A model generated the notes under the pieces. It ran no database searches and was not told the origin of the DNA. It saw only the letters and a program-made list of their open reading frames with translations. Positions 17,114-29,199 of a stretch of 64,000 bases of DNA are shown here, piece by piece (within the stretch, counting starts at the first letter, position 1; each line of letters begins with the position of its first letter). The stretch is from Amoebidium appalachense (Eukaryota > Protista > Ichthyosporea), in the NCBI GenBank assembly GCA_963693365.1, contig CAVNZM010000003.1, forward strand, positions 10,508,101-10,572,100, read 5' to 3'. Made by a program: the position numbers and the translations under genes.

Positions 17114-17175
17114 GGTTATGCAGCCCTTTTGCACGCTCCCTACACACATCTAGAACTCGCGCTCGTTTTTCAATC

Positions 17176-20100
17176 ATGGATCCAAACAAAACTGGCGTAA
17201 ACAAAATCACCATGTGGAAAGGTGAAGGGAAGACTGGTCCCGATAGCAAAACTACCTATTTTCAATGGGAAATCATTTTTCTCGGCATGATGACCGGCAC
17301 TAAAGGTGTCCGACTCGTGGATGTTGTCCTTGCTGACAACTACGTCCCCCCTACCACCGTCGCGGTTGACGGTGAACCCCCCTTCTATGGCTACGGCACT
17401 ACCGCGGAACTCAAAGAGGCCCGCAATTGCCTCCTGCTCCATATGATACAGAACATCGACCCTTCCGTCCTCACCACCGTTGCCCAGTACCGTATTGGCA
17501 TGGACCCTGAACGGGCCATGTGGAAATTCCGTCAACACTATCTCCAAGGCAAACCCGATCAGATCCGCATCCTTCACCGTCAGTGGGATGCCTGTGCCCT
17601 TCAGCCCGGTGAATCATTCACCACCTACCTGAGCCGTCTGCAGACCATCGTGAACCAGCTCCAGTCTCTCCAAGATGAGTCCATTCACTTCACTCGTCTA
17701 GCTGAGAAGTTCTTCAATGAACTCACCACCAGAGACGACCTCACCCCTGAGTTCAATCGTCTTATCGAAGACTATCACTTCGGTGATAAGCTATTCCCCG
17801 ACTTCGAGTCCCTCCATAACCACGTCAAGGGCATCGAGTTACGTCAAGACCTCAAGATGCAACTCCGGAACAACCGTGCCCACCGTGCCTCCAAGTCCAG
17901 CATGGCATTAAATGCCAGTGCTCCCCCCCGTGATCTTCCTCGCCGTGACTTACGCACCCGACTTGACCGTACCTCTGGCACGGACCTCCGAACTCGTCTC
18001 TCCCGTCAGCACACCCGATCCCGTTCCCCCCACCGGCCTGCCTTCCGGTCCACGTCTCGTTCCCCCAGTCGTTCCCGTTTCTCGGGTTCCCGTCGTTCTG
18101 ATTCCCCGGCTCGTTCTAACACCCCGTCCGTGAAAGAATGCTCCTACTGCCACGAGCCTGATCACACGATCATCGATTGCCCTGAGCCGAAATGCCGTAT
18201 GTCCAGACACAACCGTTCCCGTCAAGGCAGTGAGAAATCTGTCTCCTTTGCTTTCTCGGCATACAATGCTAGCTCCGTCCCCGTGTCCTCCGACCCTGCC
18301 TGGGATTCCGGGTGCAACATGACTGTTTGCCCCACCCGTGAGTTCTTCCATGACCTCACTCCCCTTCCGACACCGACTCCCGTTGCTGCCTTCAATGGCA
18401 CCCCCGTCTTGGCCACTCACACCGGCCATATCGTCATCAACACCACCACCGACCATGGCACTACCACCCTAACCATTGAAGCCTACTACACCCCGTCTGG
18501 CCAAGCCTTCCTCATTTCAACATCCCAAGCTGCTGCCGAATACATCAAGGGTGATTTGAACGATGCCTCCACTCCGTCATTCCTCTTCGACCGACTCACC
18601 GGCCGTCATCTCGTCAACCTCCGTCTACACAACGGTCTGTATTACTTCAAGGACTACACCATTCAACCACCCACTCGTCCTGTGGCTCTGGCTGCCACTA
18701 CCAGTGTTAACCCATCCATCTGGCACCATCGTCTGGGGCACCGAGCTATGACCAGCATCAAGGACATGGTGAAACACGACCTTGTTATTGGTCTCCCCTC
18801 CTCTGTCCTCGACTGTGATGTTCCTGATTGTCATGGCTGCATTATGGGTAAGACCACCAAGGCTCCGTTCAGGGGTGACCGTCCTCACTCCAACATCCCC
18901 GGTCATGAATGGCATTGGGATTTTTTTGAGCCTACCACAACATCGTACGGAGGTTCCAAGGTTGCTCTCGTCACTGTCTGCCGTGCCTCTGGCCTCGTCA
19001 AGATCTACCCGATGGCCGACCGTACCACCACCCTGGATATTCTCACAGCTCACACCAACCTCGTTGCCACCCATGCCCCCTCCAAAGTTGGTGTTTACCA
19101 CTTCGACTCCGGCTCTGAGTTCACCTCCAAGGATACCCGTGCTTTTTGCCTCTCCCAGGGCATCAAGGCCAGCTATGCTCCGGTGGACTGCCCTCAACTG
19201 AACGGCTATGTTGAACGACGTATGCGGTTCCTCCAAGAGATTGTCCGTTGCCTCCTCCATCAAGTCCAAGATCAGTCTCTGTCTCCCAAACTGTGGGCTG
19301 AGGCCCTCCAACATGCCGCCTACATCATCAACGTCACCCCGTCCACGACTGCCAATGGTCGTACACCATTCGAGGTTTTCTACGGTGTCAAGCCCGACAT
19401 CTCCGAGCTCAAAGTGTTCGGTTGCCCTGCCTACACTCACGTGCCAGCCTCTAAACGGAACAAGCTGGCCCCCACCGTCACACTCGGCATGTATATCGGC
19501 TATGATCTTCAATCACACTGCCACCGGATCTTCAATGCCACCACCCATCGTGTCGGCCTCTTCCGTGATGTGATTTTCGACGAATCAGCTTATCTCCCGT
19601 CCGACATTCCATCAACCCTTCCGACCCCCGACACCACTGCTACCTCGACCACCCCACCCCCCACAGGTGACACTGAAGATGATGTTTGTCTGGTGTACTC
19701 TGGCCCCCCTCCTGCCATCGTCGTTCCCCCGACACCCCCCCCCCCACCGGCCCCCCTGCCCCCGTGCCCGTCCAGCCTGCCGACCCTCATCCTGCCCCTG
19801 GCAACGTCACACCCATCCGACCCGGCTCCCCCGACAACTTCCACTCGGCCCCATCCAGCCCGGAGGTTGCCCCCCCTGCACTTCCGAACTTCCAAGTTCC
19901 CCCCCCACCGTCTCCACCTACCCCGGTTCCTGCACCCCGTCGTTCTGCCCGTCTCCAGGGCAAGGTTGGACTTCAAGCCACCACCACCCTGCCAGTCCCC
20001 CCCGGTCCCCCCATCAACATCGACCAACTACCCAAACTTGTCCGTCAACTCTGTTCCGGACCCAATGGTGATCAGGTCAAGTCAGCCCTGACTGCTGAGT

Positions 20101-21584
20101 ATCAAGCCTTCGTCGACAAAGACATCTTTGAACTTGTTGACCCTCCCCCTGGTGCTAACATCGTCGGCTTCAAGTGGATTGTCTCCGAGAAAACTCTCAA
20201 CTCGGCTGGTGACACCAAGATCAAGGCACGTGGTGTTGCTCAAGGCTTCAGTCAGCAATACGGTGTTGACTATGAGTTGATTGAGAGCCCTGTCATCCGT
20301 CCGGCTGCTCTCCGTGCCATCCTAGCTCTGGCCGTTGTTGAAGGTCATGACATACATCAACTCGACGTGTCTACGGCCTTTCTCAACAGCCCACTCACCG
20401 AGACCATCTACATGAAACAACCCCCGGGATTCATCACCATGGCCACACTTGGCAAGGTCTGGAGACTCAAGAAAGCCCTGTACGGCCTCAAGCAAGCCTC
20501 CAAGGCTTGGTACGACTTCCTCGACGGCATTCTTCTTGCCCATGGCCTGACCCGTACTAAGACCGACCCGTGCATCTACCTCCGGTTCTTCCCCAACAAC
20601 GATGTGGTACGGGCTGGTAACTACGTCGATGACTCCACCATCACCAACACCCGGGGTTCTACTGCTGCCAGTGACCTGGCTGCCCACATCAGCAAGATGG
20701 CCAGCTGTCGTATGAGTCCATTTGACCGTATGCTCGGTGTTGATTTTAATCACTCTGATCCCCATCACCTCCACATGCACCAGAGGTCTTACATCATGGA
20801 TATCATCCACGACTTCAACCTCACCGATGCCAAGTCAAAGTCTACCCCCATCCCTGCAGGCACCACCGTCTCCCTGGCTGATTGCCCCCCCCAACCGTTC
20901 ACCGTGCCCTACCGTGAGTTACTCGGCCGTCTCCTCTGGGTGGCACGGTGCACACGTCCCGACATTGCCTATGCCATCGGCTTCCTTGGTCGGTTCAGCA
21001 CCAACCCCGGCAAGACTCACTGGGACCTTCTCCGTCGTGTGGCCCGGTACCTGCTCGGCACCATTGACCTTGGCATTGACTACAAGTACTCGGCCACCCA
21101 GTCCCCCATACTCGAATGCTACACGGATGCTGACTTTGCTGGTTGTGCCGACAGCAAGAAGTCTACCACCGGCTACATTATCGTGTTTGCTGGTATGCCC
21201 GTCATCTGGTACTCCAAGCTCCAGCCCATCACGGCCACCAGCACCACTGAAGCTGAGCTGATTGCTCTCAATGCTGGCACCCAAGAAGTTGCTTGGGTCC
21301 GTGACCTCTTCAAGGAACTCGGCTGTCCCATGCTTGCTCCGACTCCGGTGTACTGTGACAACCAGTCGACCATTGCCATCGTCAACTCCACCGGCATCAA
21401 GCACCGTACCAAACACATTGCCGTCCGGTATCACAACACCAAGGACTACATTGCCAGTGGGGACGTGGTTGTCCACTACGTTGAGTCAGCCCACAACTTA
21501 GCTGACATACTCACCAAACCCCTCCCCGGCCCGAGTCATGTCCACCATCGTGCTCGACTTTGTTTACCGGATATTGTGGATTGA
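17176..21584 (+). CDS. Copia Gag-Pol polyprotein with one frameshift in a poly-C run near 19735-19745
   Basis: Zn knuckle CSYCHEPDHTIIDC; protease WDSGCN; integrase WHHRLGH..CHGC, WDFF, FDSGSEF, NGYVERR; RT KARGVAQGFSQ, LDVSTAFL, KALYGLKQAS, YVDD; RNase H YTDADFAG, STTEAE, CDNQS, NLADILTK. The INT-RT order defines Copia. Confidence 0.96.
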
Positions 21585-21982
21585 CCCGACCTACTTCAAG
21601 AGTGATTTTCTCATGTGTACTACTTACTTTATCAACATCATTATATCATATGTATTGCCTTTGTGGGTATGCCCACTTAGGGTTTATATATAAGGTTTGA
21701 CCCGTACCATCACTCTACTCTATCTTTCACTGGTTTAAAACCCAGTTAATCAAACACCGCCTATACACGTTATATATATTCGTTGTTTTTGCCCCGGTTC
21801 CCTCCCCCCTTCCCCCCCTTCTCCCCCCCCCCCTTTCCCCCCCCCCCCCCTCCCCCCCCCCCCCCCCCCCCCCGGAAAAGTACACACTTTAATTTTTTTT
21901 TTTCGTTTCTGTTCTCAAGTGGGGAGATTTCACTAGTTCAGTGGGGATATGATAACACAAACTTCAAAGTCTTAAGTGGGGA

Positions 21983-22913
21983 TGTTGTAATACGTAGTAT
22001 TTACATATGGTAAGATCTTCTCAGTTTGTGTTATGTTTCAGTTCATATGCTTAGTGTAAATGCCACACTCCTATTATGTAAAGTGTAGCATCGATCTCCG
22101 ATATGCTTGTATACTTGTAATCGTGTTGTATCGGCTTTAATCGTGTATTGTAATATCGATTAGAATATTTATATGTGTGTACACGGATCCACCCACTCAG
22201 GGAGAGACGTGTACATGTTCGTGTGTACATAAATATCTCTGGTTATAGTTATGCTATTACTATCTTGTTTGTTGATCTGTGCTCTCTTTTCCTTCCTCTT
22301 TCTCCTTCCTTATTTTCTTTTCTTTCTCTCCTTGTCTTCATGTGTATAATCGTATTTCTTTTCTACTAATATATGTTAGGTAGATTTGTGTTACTTAATA
22401 CGTGTTCATTGGACGGTAACACACTTAGGCTACACTTAGAATAGCATGTGTTTTTAGACTTCATTAATTCACTTTAGTTTTCATGTGTTGCCGGGCTTTA
22501 ACCAATCATCAAGGTTAAGTGTGATATGTCTGAGTCTTTGCAGTATGTCATACTAGTAGGTTAGAACTTCCTTGATGATGACACGAGTTGATCTTAACTA
22601 GTGTCTGTGTCCTATCGTGTACGCCTCCGCGTACCGGATCTCTCTGAAAGCAATTGGTTCTTAGTGATTGGTTTCTATTAGAGATGGATCTGATTTCCGA
22701 CTGGTCGGAAATCATGTATGGATTGGACTTAGAGGAATTTCAGGTATTTATTCGAAGATCAGAATAAATTCAGTTCAGTCGTGTCTAAACATTGATGTCT
22801 GTTGTGTACACTGCTCCGATCGTTCCGTGTTTTGTTGTTGTGTGTGTCTGTGGTGTTTTCACACTGCACCACTGTGTCTCTGCTTACATCCCAAATACTT
22901 ATAAAATTTAACA
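21983..22913 (+). repeat. 3' LTR (931 bp; 6-bp insertion relative to 5' LTR)
   Basis: Matches the 5' LTR except for GTCATACTAGTAGG versus GTCATAGG and one substitution noticed near 22452. Confidence 0.97.
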
Positions 22914-24302
22914 CCAACACTACCGGGGAGTATATTGGAGTGGTAAAGTGGGCAAATGGGGTGCAAAGATAGGATCCAGCATGCATGTCGGTTTCTACGA
23001 AAACAGTTGCACGGCTGCACGGCTGCGGGATTTGGCCATTGATTGGTTGGTGTAGAAGGGGGTGTTGGCTCGTCGATGCCTACGTTCCAAAAATGTCAGC
23101 CTCGGTAATTTGCGCAAATTCAAACCGACAGCTGACGATTTGACTTGTGTGGAGGAGTGGTCACGGCCAAGAAAACAACAAAGAAAAAATCGTCTGTTCA
23201 CAAAGGGGTATCCCGCGATGTTAGACGCATCCATAAACCGTGGCAAGTGTCGTATCCGAAGGCTGGTGTTTCTCATTACGGCGGGATCTACGCGACAGAA
23301 GTGGAAGCGGCACTTGCAAGGGACAAGGTGATACGTACTCTGGAGATTTCAAAGCGAGAGAAACTAAGGCGCCTAAACTTCTATCTCCCTGGCGATTATT
23401 TGAGTGTCGAGGAAGCAGAGCAGGCGGGGTGCATAGGGGTGTTCTTCCAAACAGCCAGATCCCATTCACCCAACCCTTACCTAGTGTGCCGAGTGGATAG
23501 AACTGTTTCGGGTACCCAACAGAAATACCTCGGCTACTTTGCCTCGGTCACCGAAGGAAGCCGGGCATACGATCGAGACGCACTGGCTGCATGGGCGAAG
23601 CAAAACGAACCACGCGCCCCCCTGCCCCCAACCAACTTCTGTCCGACCGAATACGGACACAAACTCCCTCAGCTGCCGCCACCAATCCACAACCCCACGA
23701 TAGCAACCACAGACGAAGGCCCCGGTGGTGTTACGCATACCGCTGCCGACGAACATTCCCAACCACATCATCCCCTATGCGACCCAAGAGGCGGTGATGC
23801 CAACAATTCACCTCAAAGCAACAGGCAGGCTAAATCGACTCCACAGAGCAACAGCAACGACGGCCCGTTGGCTGTTGGTGACGTCACTGACCGGAATGAT
23901 GACGACGTGGCGGGACAACACAACTCCCACTCGGATGCAAACGTTCACTTTCAGGCAGGGGTGGGGCAGAAAAGAATGGTTTAAGTGTGGTAGGTGGTCA
24001 GATACGTATACAGAGGTGGGCCCCGGGGACACATAAGGTACTCTTATAGAAGGTCCTAATTGTATAGACCGGAGAGAAAAGAAGGTGGTTTGTTGACATT
24101 GATCATTTCACCGGGGTGGCGGTTACTAGCAGTATGTACATGTGTATATGTGCAATGTGTCATTGATTAGGGGTACATATTGCATTATGCCTATGGCATG
24201 CACACCTGTATGTGTGTCGAGGAGACTCTCGGAGCCATTGTGTTTTTCCTTCTTCCTTTCTTTCTGCCCGGTTTTTTTTTTTGTTCTTTTCTTTTTTTCT
24301 CT

Positions 24303-24337
<35 letters not shown>

Positions 24338-24359
24338 GCTTTCTGGTGTGTGTGGGGAA

Positions 24360-24396
<37 letters not shown>

Positions 24397-24949
24397 CTGT
24401 CTGAGTTACTGCGCAAATGCAAATGAATACAACCTGCAGGAGAGTAAGATTTGCGCAAACATGACTACTACCAGTGTGGACAAAGTTTAAGATATATTAT
24501 AGATAGATAGTTTTAGATTACATAAACAATGTTTTCACAATTTCCCATAGAAAACCATAACTTAGTAAATTCTACTGCCAATAATATTCTGGTCACAGAG
24601 ACATTTAGTCCATAGCCTTCCCCAGAACGCTAGCACGTGTACATGTGTATACATGCACAAGTTACATGGCAGGGCTTCTGCTATAACTATACAAAAAGGT
24701 ATATATCATTTCAAGTTGATAAAATGAAGCCGTTCGCGGCACCTACCAATTAATAATAACATTATCATTCTTAGATCTGCAGCAGCCTTTTTTTGGTGTC
24801 CCGATCATAACATTGGCCCCGCTTATGCAGCTAGTATCGATAGTGATCGATAATCGATTTCGTTGCCTCCCCCCCCCCCCCCCCCCCCCCCTCCCCCCAC
24901 CCCCCCCCCCCCCCCCCCGCCCCCCCCCTTCTCCTCCGGATCCTCCTCC

Positions 24950-25114
24950 TCCTCCTCATTCCCAGGGAACCGGACCACCTATGTAGTTTTTGAAATCTTA
25001 CAAAGTATTATGTATGTGTACAGTACGTGCGTGTGTGTGCATTCGAGTGTTTGTGTATATGTGCATGTGTTTGTACACGCCGACAGATATGGTAATCCTC
25101 GAGTACTAGGCATG

Positions 25115-25163
<49 letters not shown>

Positions 25164-25500
25164 CCCCCCCCCTCTCTCTCTTCCCCTTTCTCCCTCCCTC
25201 CGGGTCCCTGTCTCTCTATCCCCCCCTCCCCCTCCCGGGTTTCTCTCTCTCCCCCACTCCCCCCCCCCCCCCCCCCCTCCTCCCCCGCCCCCCCTTGTCC
25301 TGCTGATCCTCCTCCTCGAGCTCCTCCTCATTCCCAGGGAACCGGACCACCTATGTAGTTTTTGAAATCTTTCAAAGTTATTATGTATGTGTACAGTACG
25401 TGCGTGTGTGTGCACTCGAGTGTTTGTGTGTATGTGCAAGTGAGTGTACACGCCGACAGATATGGTAACCCTCGAGTACTAGGCATGCTCTCTCTCTCTC
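24950..25500 (+). repeat. Local tandem duplication (~370-bp period)
   Basis: CTCCTCATTCCCAGGGAACCGGACCACCTATGTAG...CTCGAGTACTAGGCATGC occurs at ~24952 and ~25324. Confidence 0.9.
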
Positions 25501-26047
25501 TCTCTCTCTCTCTCCCCCCCCCCCCCCCTCTCTTCCCCTTTCTCCCTCCCTCTCTCTCTCTCTCTCTCTCTCCCCCCCCCCCCCCCCCCCCCCCCCACCT
25601 CTGCCTGCCTCTACCTTTCTTTCTCTTCGAATTCTGTGTATCACATAATATTTGTGTATGCATCATTCTCGTTGCCTACTTGCTGAAACCCGTGTTTTTC
25701 TACAGGTGGCCTTTAAACTGAAACTATCATATGCAAGCCAAACAAACCGATCACGCGTTTGGAATATGCTCCTATGTTTCTGTTCTGTACTGTACCCGGA
25801 CGGCGCAAAGCAAACGGGTCTGTCTGCAGTCGATCGAACCAGCCCTTTCGAAGTTCGCCGCCGCCGTGCACACATGAGGAGGGCTCACGAGTCACATTTT
25901 TCTTTCTACCAATAGGAATGACGCTAGATAAGCCATCACTACCGAACCCCAAACATTGCCAAGGCAGTCCTATTTGTGGTGAGCTAGCAGAGTACTGTAC
26001 AAGTGACCACATGTGTGAGCTTCGACATACTGAACCGTAAAGGCCTG

Positions 26048-26083
<36 letters not shown>

Positions 26084-26104
26084 CCCCTCCCCCTTCCCCC
26101 CCCC

Positions 26105-27055
26105 CTTGCACACCCTCTGTCCTCTCTCTCCCCTACCCCTCCGCTCCTTTCTCCAACTCCCGCTTTTTCCCGCTCCTTCCACCCACAAACACAATACACG
26201 CATGATTTCTTTGCTTCTGCCATCATATTGCCCGCATAACTCTTTGTTCCAATTCCATTCTCACCGAAAAGCTAGAATCATCCAGTTCTATTTTACTTAG
26301 CCCTGGGAACTTGTTGTTCGTGAGTTGCATCTTGTCCGAACACGCTATTTTGCTTTTTGCTGGTGGAGGCAGAACCAAGCCCGTTGATGGCAGTCGCGGG
26401 TAGATTTGGTAGGCAGGGACTGGGGGAGGGGGGGGGAGGGGAGGAGGAGGGGGTGGGTGGGTGGGTGGGGGGGGGGGGGGGGGGGGTTGCATGATGTTGA
26501 AGAGCCTTGTAGGTACCTAGTGTTGTGCTGGTAGGGAAAGAGTCGGGATCGAGAGGGAAGGGAGGGGTGGGGAGGGGGGGAGGGAGGGGGGGGGGGGAGG
26601 GGAGGGGGGAAGGGGCTTCCCAGACGAAATAAGTATCACCCTGAGGAGAAGGTTACGAGGAATAATATGCAACACCGTGGAAATTATTTCAACATGCAGC
26701 ACATCTGGCTTGGTGTCTCACTTGCTTTCAGACATAAAAGACAAACTTTTGGCGGGCCCTTGGTCTGTGACTAATATGTTGTTCTTTTTTGCAGATACTC
26801 TTTGGTTGCTTGTTTGTCTGTCGTCTGGGAGGATGTTGACCAGGAGGTTGGTTCGAGTGGCTGTCTCGGGAACTAAACCAGCAACCTCGGTGGGAGAGGT
26901 ATCCATCCCCCCCCCCCCCCCCTCCCCCCTCCCCCCCCCCCCCCCCCCACCGGTCCCACCTCCCCCCCCCCCCCCCAAAAAAAAAAAAAAGGAGAAGAAG
27001 AAGAAGAATAAGAAGATAGAGAGAGAGAGCAATAGAGAGAGAGATAGAGATAGAC

Positions 27056-27109
<54 letters not shown>

Positions 27110-27349
27110 AGGGAGAGAGAAAGAGAGAGCCTTCCCCCTCTCCCCCCCCCCACCACACACCCCCTTAAAAAAAGAAAGGGAGGGGGGGAGGGGGGGGGGG
27201 GGAACACAGAGAGAGAGAGAGGTAGAGCCTCCCTCCCTCCCCCTTTTCCGCCTCCCCCCACACCCCACACCCCTAAAAAAGGAAGTGGGAGTGAGGGAAG
27301 AGAGAGAGAGAGGGGGGGGGGGGGGGGGGGAGGGAGAGAGGGTGTGTGT

Positions 27350-27380
<31 letters not shown>

Positions 27381-28151
27381 GGGGGGGAAAGAGAGAGGGA
27401 GAGGGGAGGGAGAGAGAGAGAGAGAGAGAGAGAGGGCGAAAGAGAGAGGGAGAGGGGGGGGGGAGGGAGAGAGAGAGAGAGACCCAGACACACACACACC
27501 TTACGTTTCCGCCCGCACCCCGCTTCTTCCACTTCATTACTCATATCCAGCCTCCCTCCTGGGCAGAAATGAATAACCACTTGTTTGGAGAGAATGGCTG
27601 CATGGCTCCATCCCCATGTGAACAAAATTGCAGTTGCTCTCATGCTGGTCTATGCTCGCACTTCTCTGACAGGACAATCGTGTGTGCCTGTGCAGAAGGC
27701 ACCACCCTCATCCATGCACTCACACTCTGTGGTTCCTAGTTGGTTTACTCAACTTACTTTACTTACTTTACTTACTTGACTTACTTTACTTACTTTGCTC
27801 ACTTGTACACCTACAGCCTGTGCGGTTTGCTGCAGTCACCAGCAACCAATCCACATGCATGGGCTACGTCACTTTCAACCCCGTCCTGTCGGTGGGCACA
27901 CGGTCACTACATGCTCTGGCCCAATGGAGAGGTATGTGGTTGTGGTGTGATAGATGTGTCTCTGTTTGGCATGGCAGCTTCAACTTCAACTTTTGGGCCC
28001 ATTTTGTTCTCGAAGGCTCGAGTATACACCTCGGGGCTCCGCTGTATCGAGAAAAGGTGCCGAGGATGTATCGTTCTTTGTCTGCCCCGTCTCTCTTCGG
28101 AAGCCCGTATACCTGCTGCTCCCCTCTTCCCCCCTTCCCCCCCCCCCCCCT

Positions 28152-28190
<39 letters not shown>

Positions 28191-28642
28191 TGTCCACCTC
28201 TGTGACGGCCCTGTTTAAAGTGTTAATGGGGAACAGGATGGGGCAGGGCCCCAGGGGTTGCCTTTTTTTTTTTTTTTCTTTTTTTTTTTTGGTGTGTGTG
28301 GGAGGGGAGGGGGGGAGGGCTGGACGAAAGTTATATTAGATTCAAGGAGTTCGTGGGGCAAAGGGAATATATGTATGTGTACTACACGAATACATACATG
28401 ATCGCCAGTGCACACGCGTTAGGGCTTGCTTTCTCTCCCTGCCCCTCCTCTCCTGCCTACACACACACACCCACACATACACAGACACACACACACGTGC
28501 ACACACACACACAATATGAACAAAAACAAAAATCCCCCCCCCCCCCCCCCCCCCCCCCCCCTCACACCACAAAAAACAAAACAAAAAAAAAAAAAAAAAA
28601 AAAAAGCGCGCGCGCACACACACACACACACATACACACGGT

Positions 28643-28686
<44 letters not shown>

Positions 28687-28698
28687 TGCACAAACACG

Positions 28699-28737
<39 letters not shown>

Positions 28738-29160
28738 ACACACTTGCACACATTTGTTTTCCCTTCTGATCAGCTAAATTGAGGGTACATTTATGAATGC
28801 ACAGTGAACAATGGGGCTAAATTGGTATGTTCCGTGCCTGTGTGTACACAAACACGGGCATGTCTGAAGTCACACCAAGTAGAAGAGCAGACACATAACA
28901 CAAGAGGGTATTTTGGGTTTCAGACAAGGTTGACAAGCGGCTCGCACATTGTTTTTCCACGTACGTGCGGTGGGTATTGGGCGCGGGGGGGGGGGGGGGG
29001 GGGGGGGGAAGGGGGGTACAGCCTCACTCCTGGTCGGCACAGGGCCCCAACAAACTCTGTTCGGCATTCAGAACGGTCAGACTGGTCAGAACGGTCAGAC
29101 TGGAACGGTCAGACTGGCTCCTGGCTCTGGAATGATGGCAACGGTATGTGTAGTTGGGGC

Positions 29161-29199
<39 letters not shown>

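Larger units (their letters stand above)
16189..22913 (+). mobile_element. Full-length Ty1/Copia LTR retrotransposon, recent insertion
   Basis: LTRs at 16189-17113 and 21983-22913 (TG...CA) are almost identical. The 5-bp TSD CCAAC lies at 16184-16188 and 22914-22918, and the empty site is seen at 29851 (ACAGGCCAACACTACC). PBS-like GGTTATG follows the 5' LTR and PPT AAGTGGGGA precedes the 3' LTR. Confidence 0.98.
16106..23984 (+). pseudogene. Multi-AP2-domain gene copy disrupted by a Copia insertion and nonsense/frameshift changes
   Basis: ATGCAGGGAAGG at 16106 matches the start at 29776. The sequence resumes at 22914 with in-frame stops, and the C-terminal part is ORF 23145-23984 (YATEVEAALARD, YLGYFASVTEGSRAYDRDA). 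Confidence 0.85.

Noticed and set aside
17002-17175. N-terminal extension of Gag, and LTR-derived ORFs (16381, 22175, 37728, 42813, 45117)
   Set aside because: These lie inside LTR/PBS sequence and recur only because the LTRs are repeated. The plausible start is ATG 17176.
19730-19750. Programmed frameshift in Copia pol
   Set aside because: It falls in a poly-C run between integrase and RT, not at the gag-pol boundary. A homopolymer sequencing error or slippage mutation is more likely.
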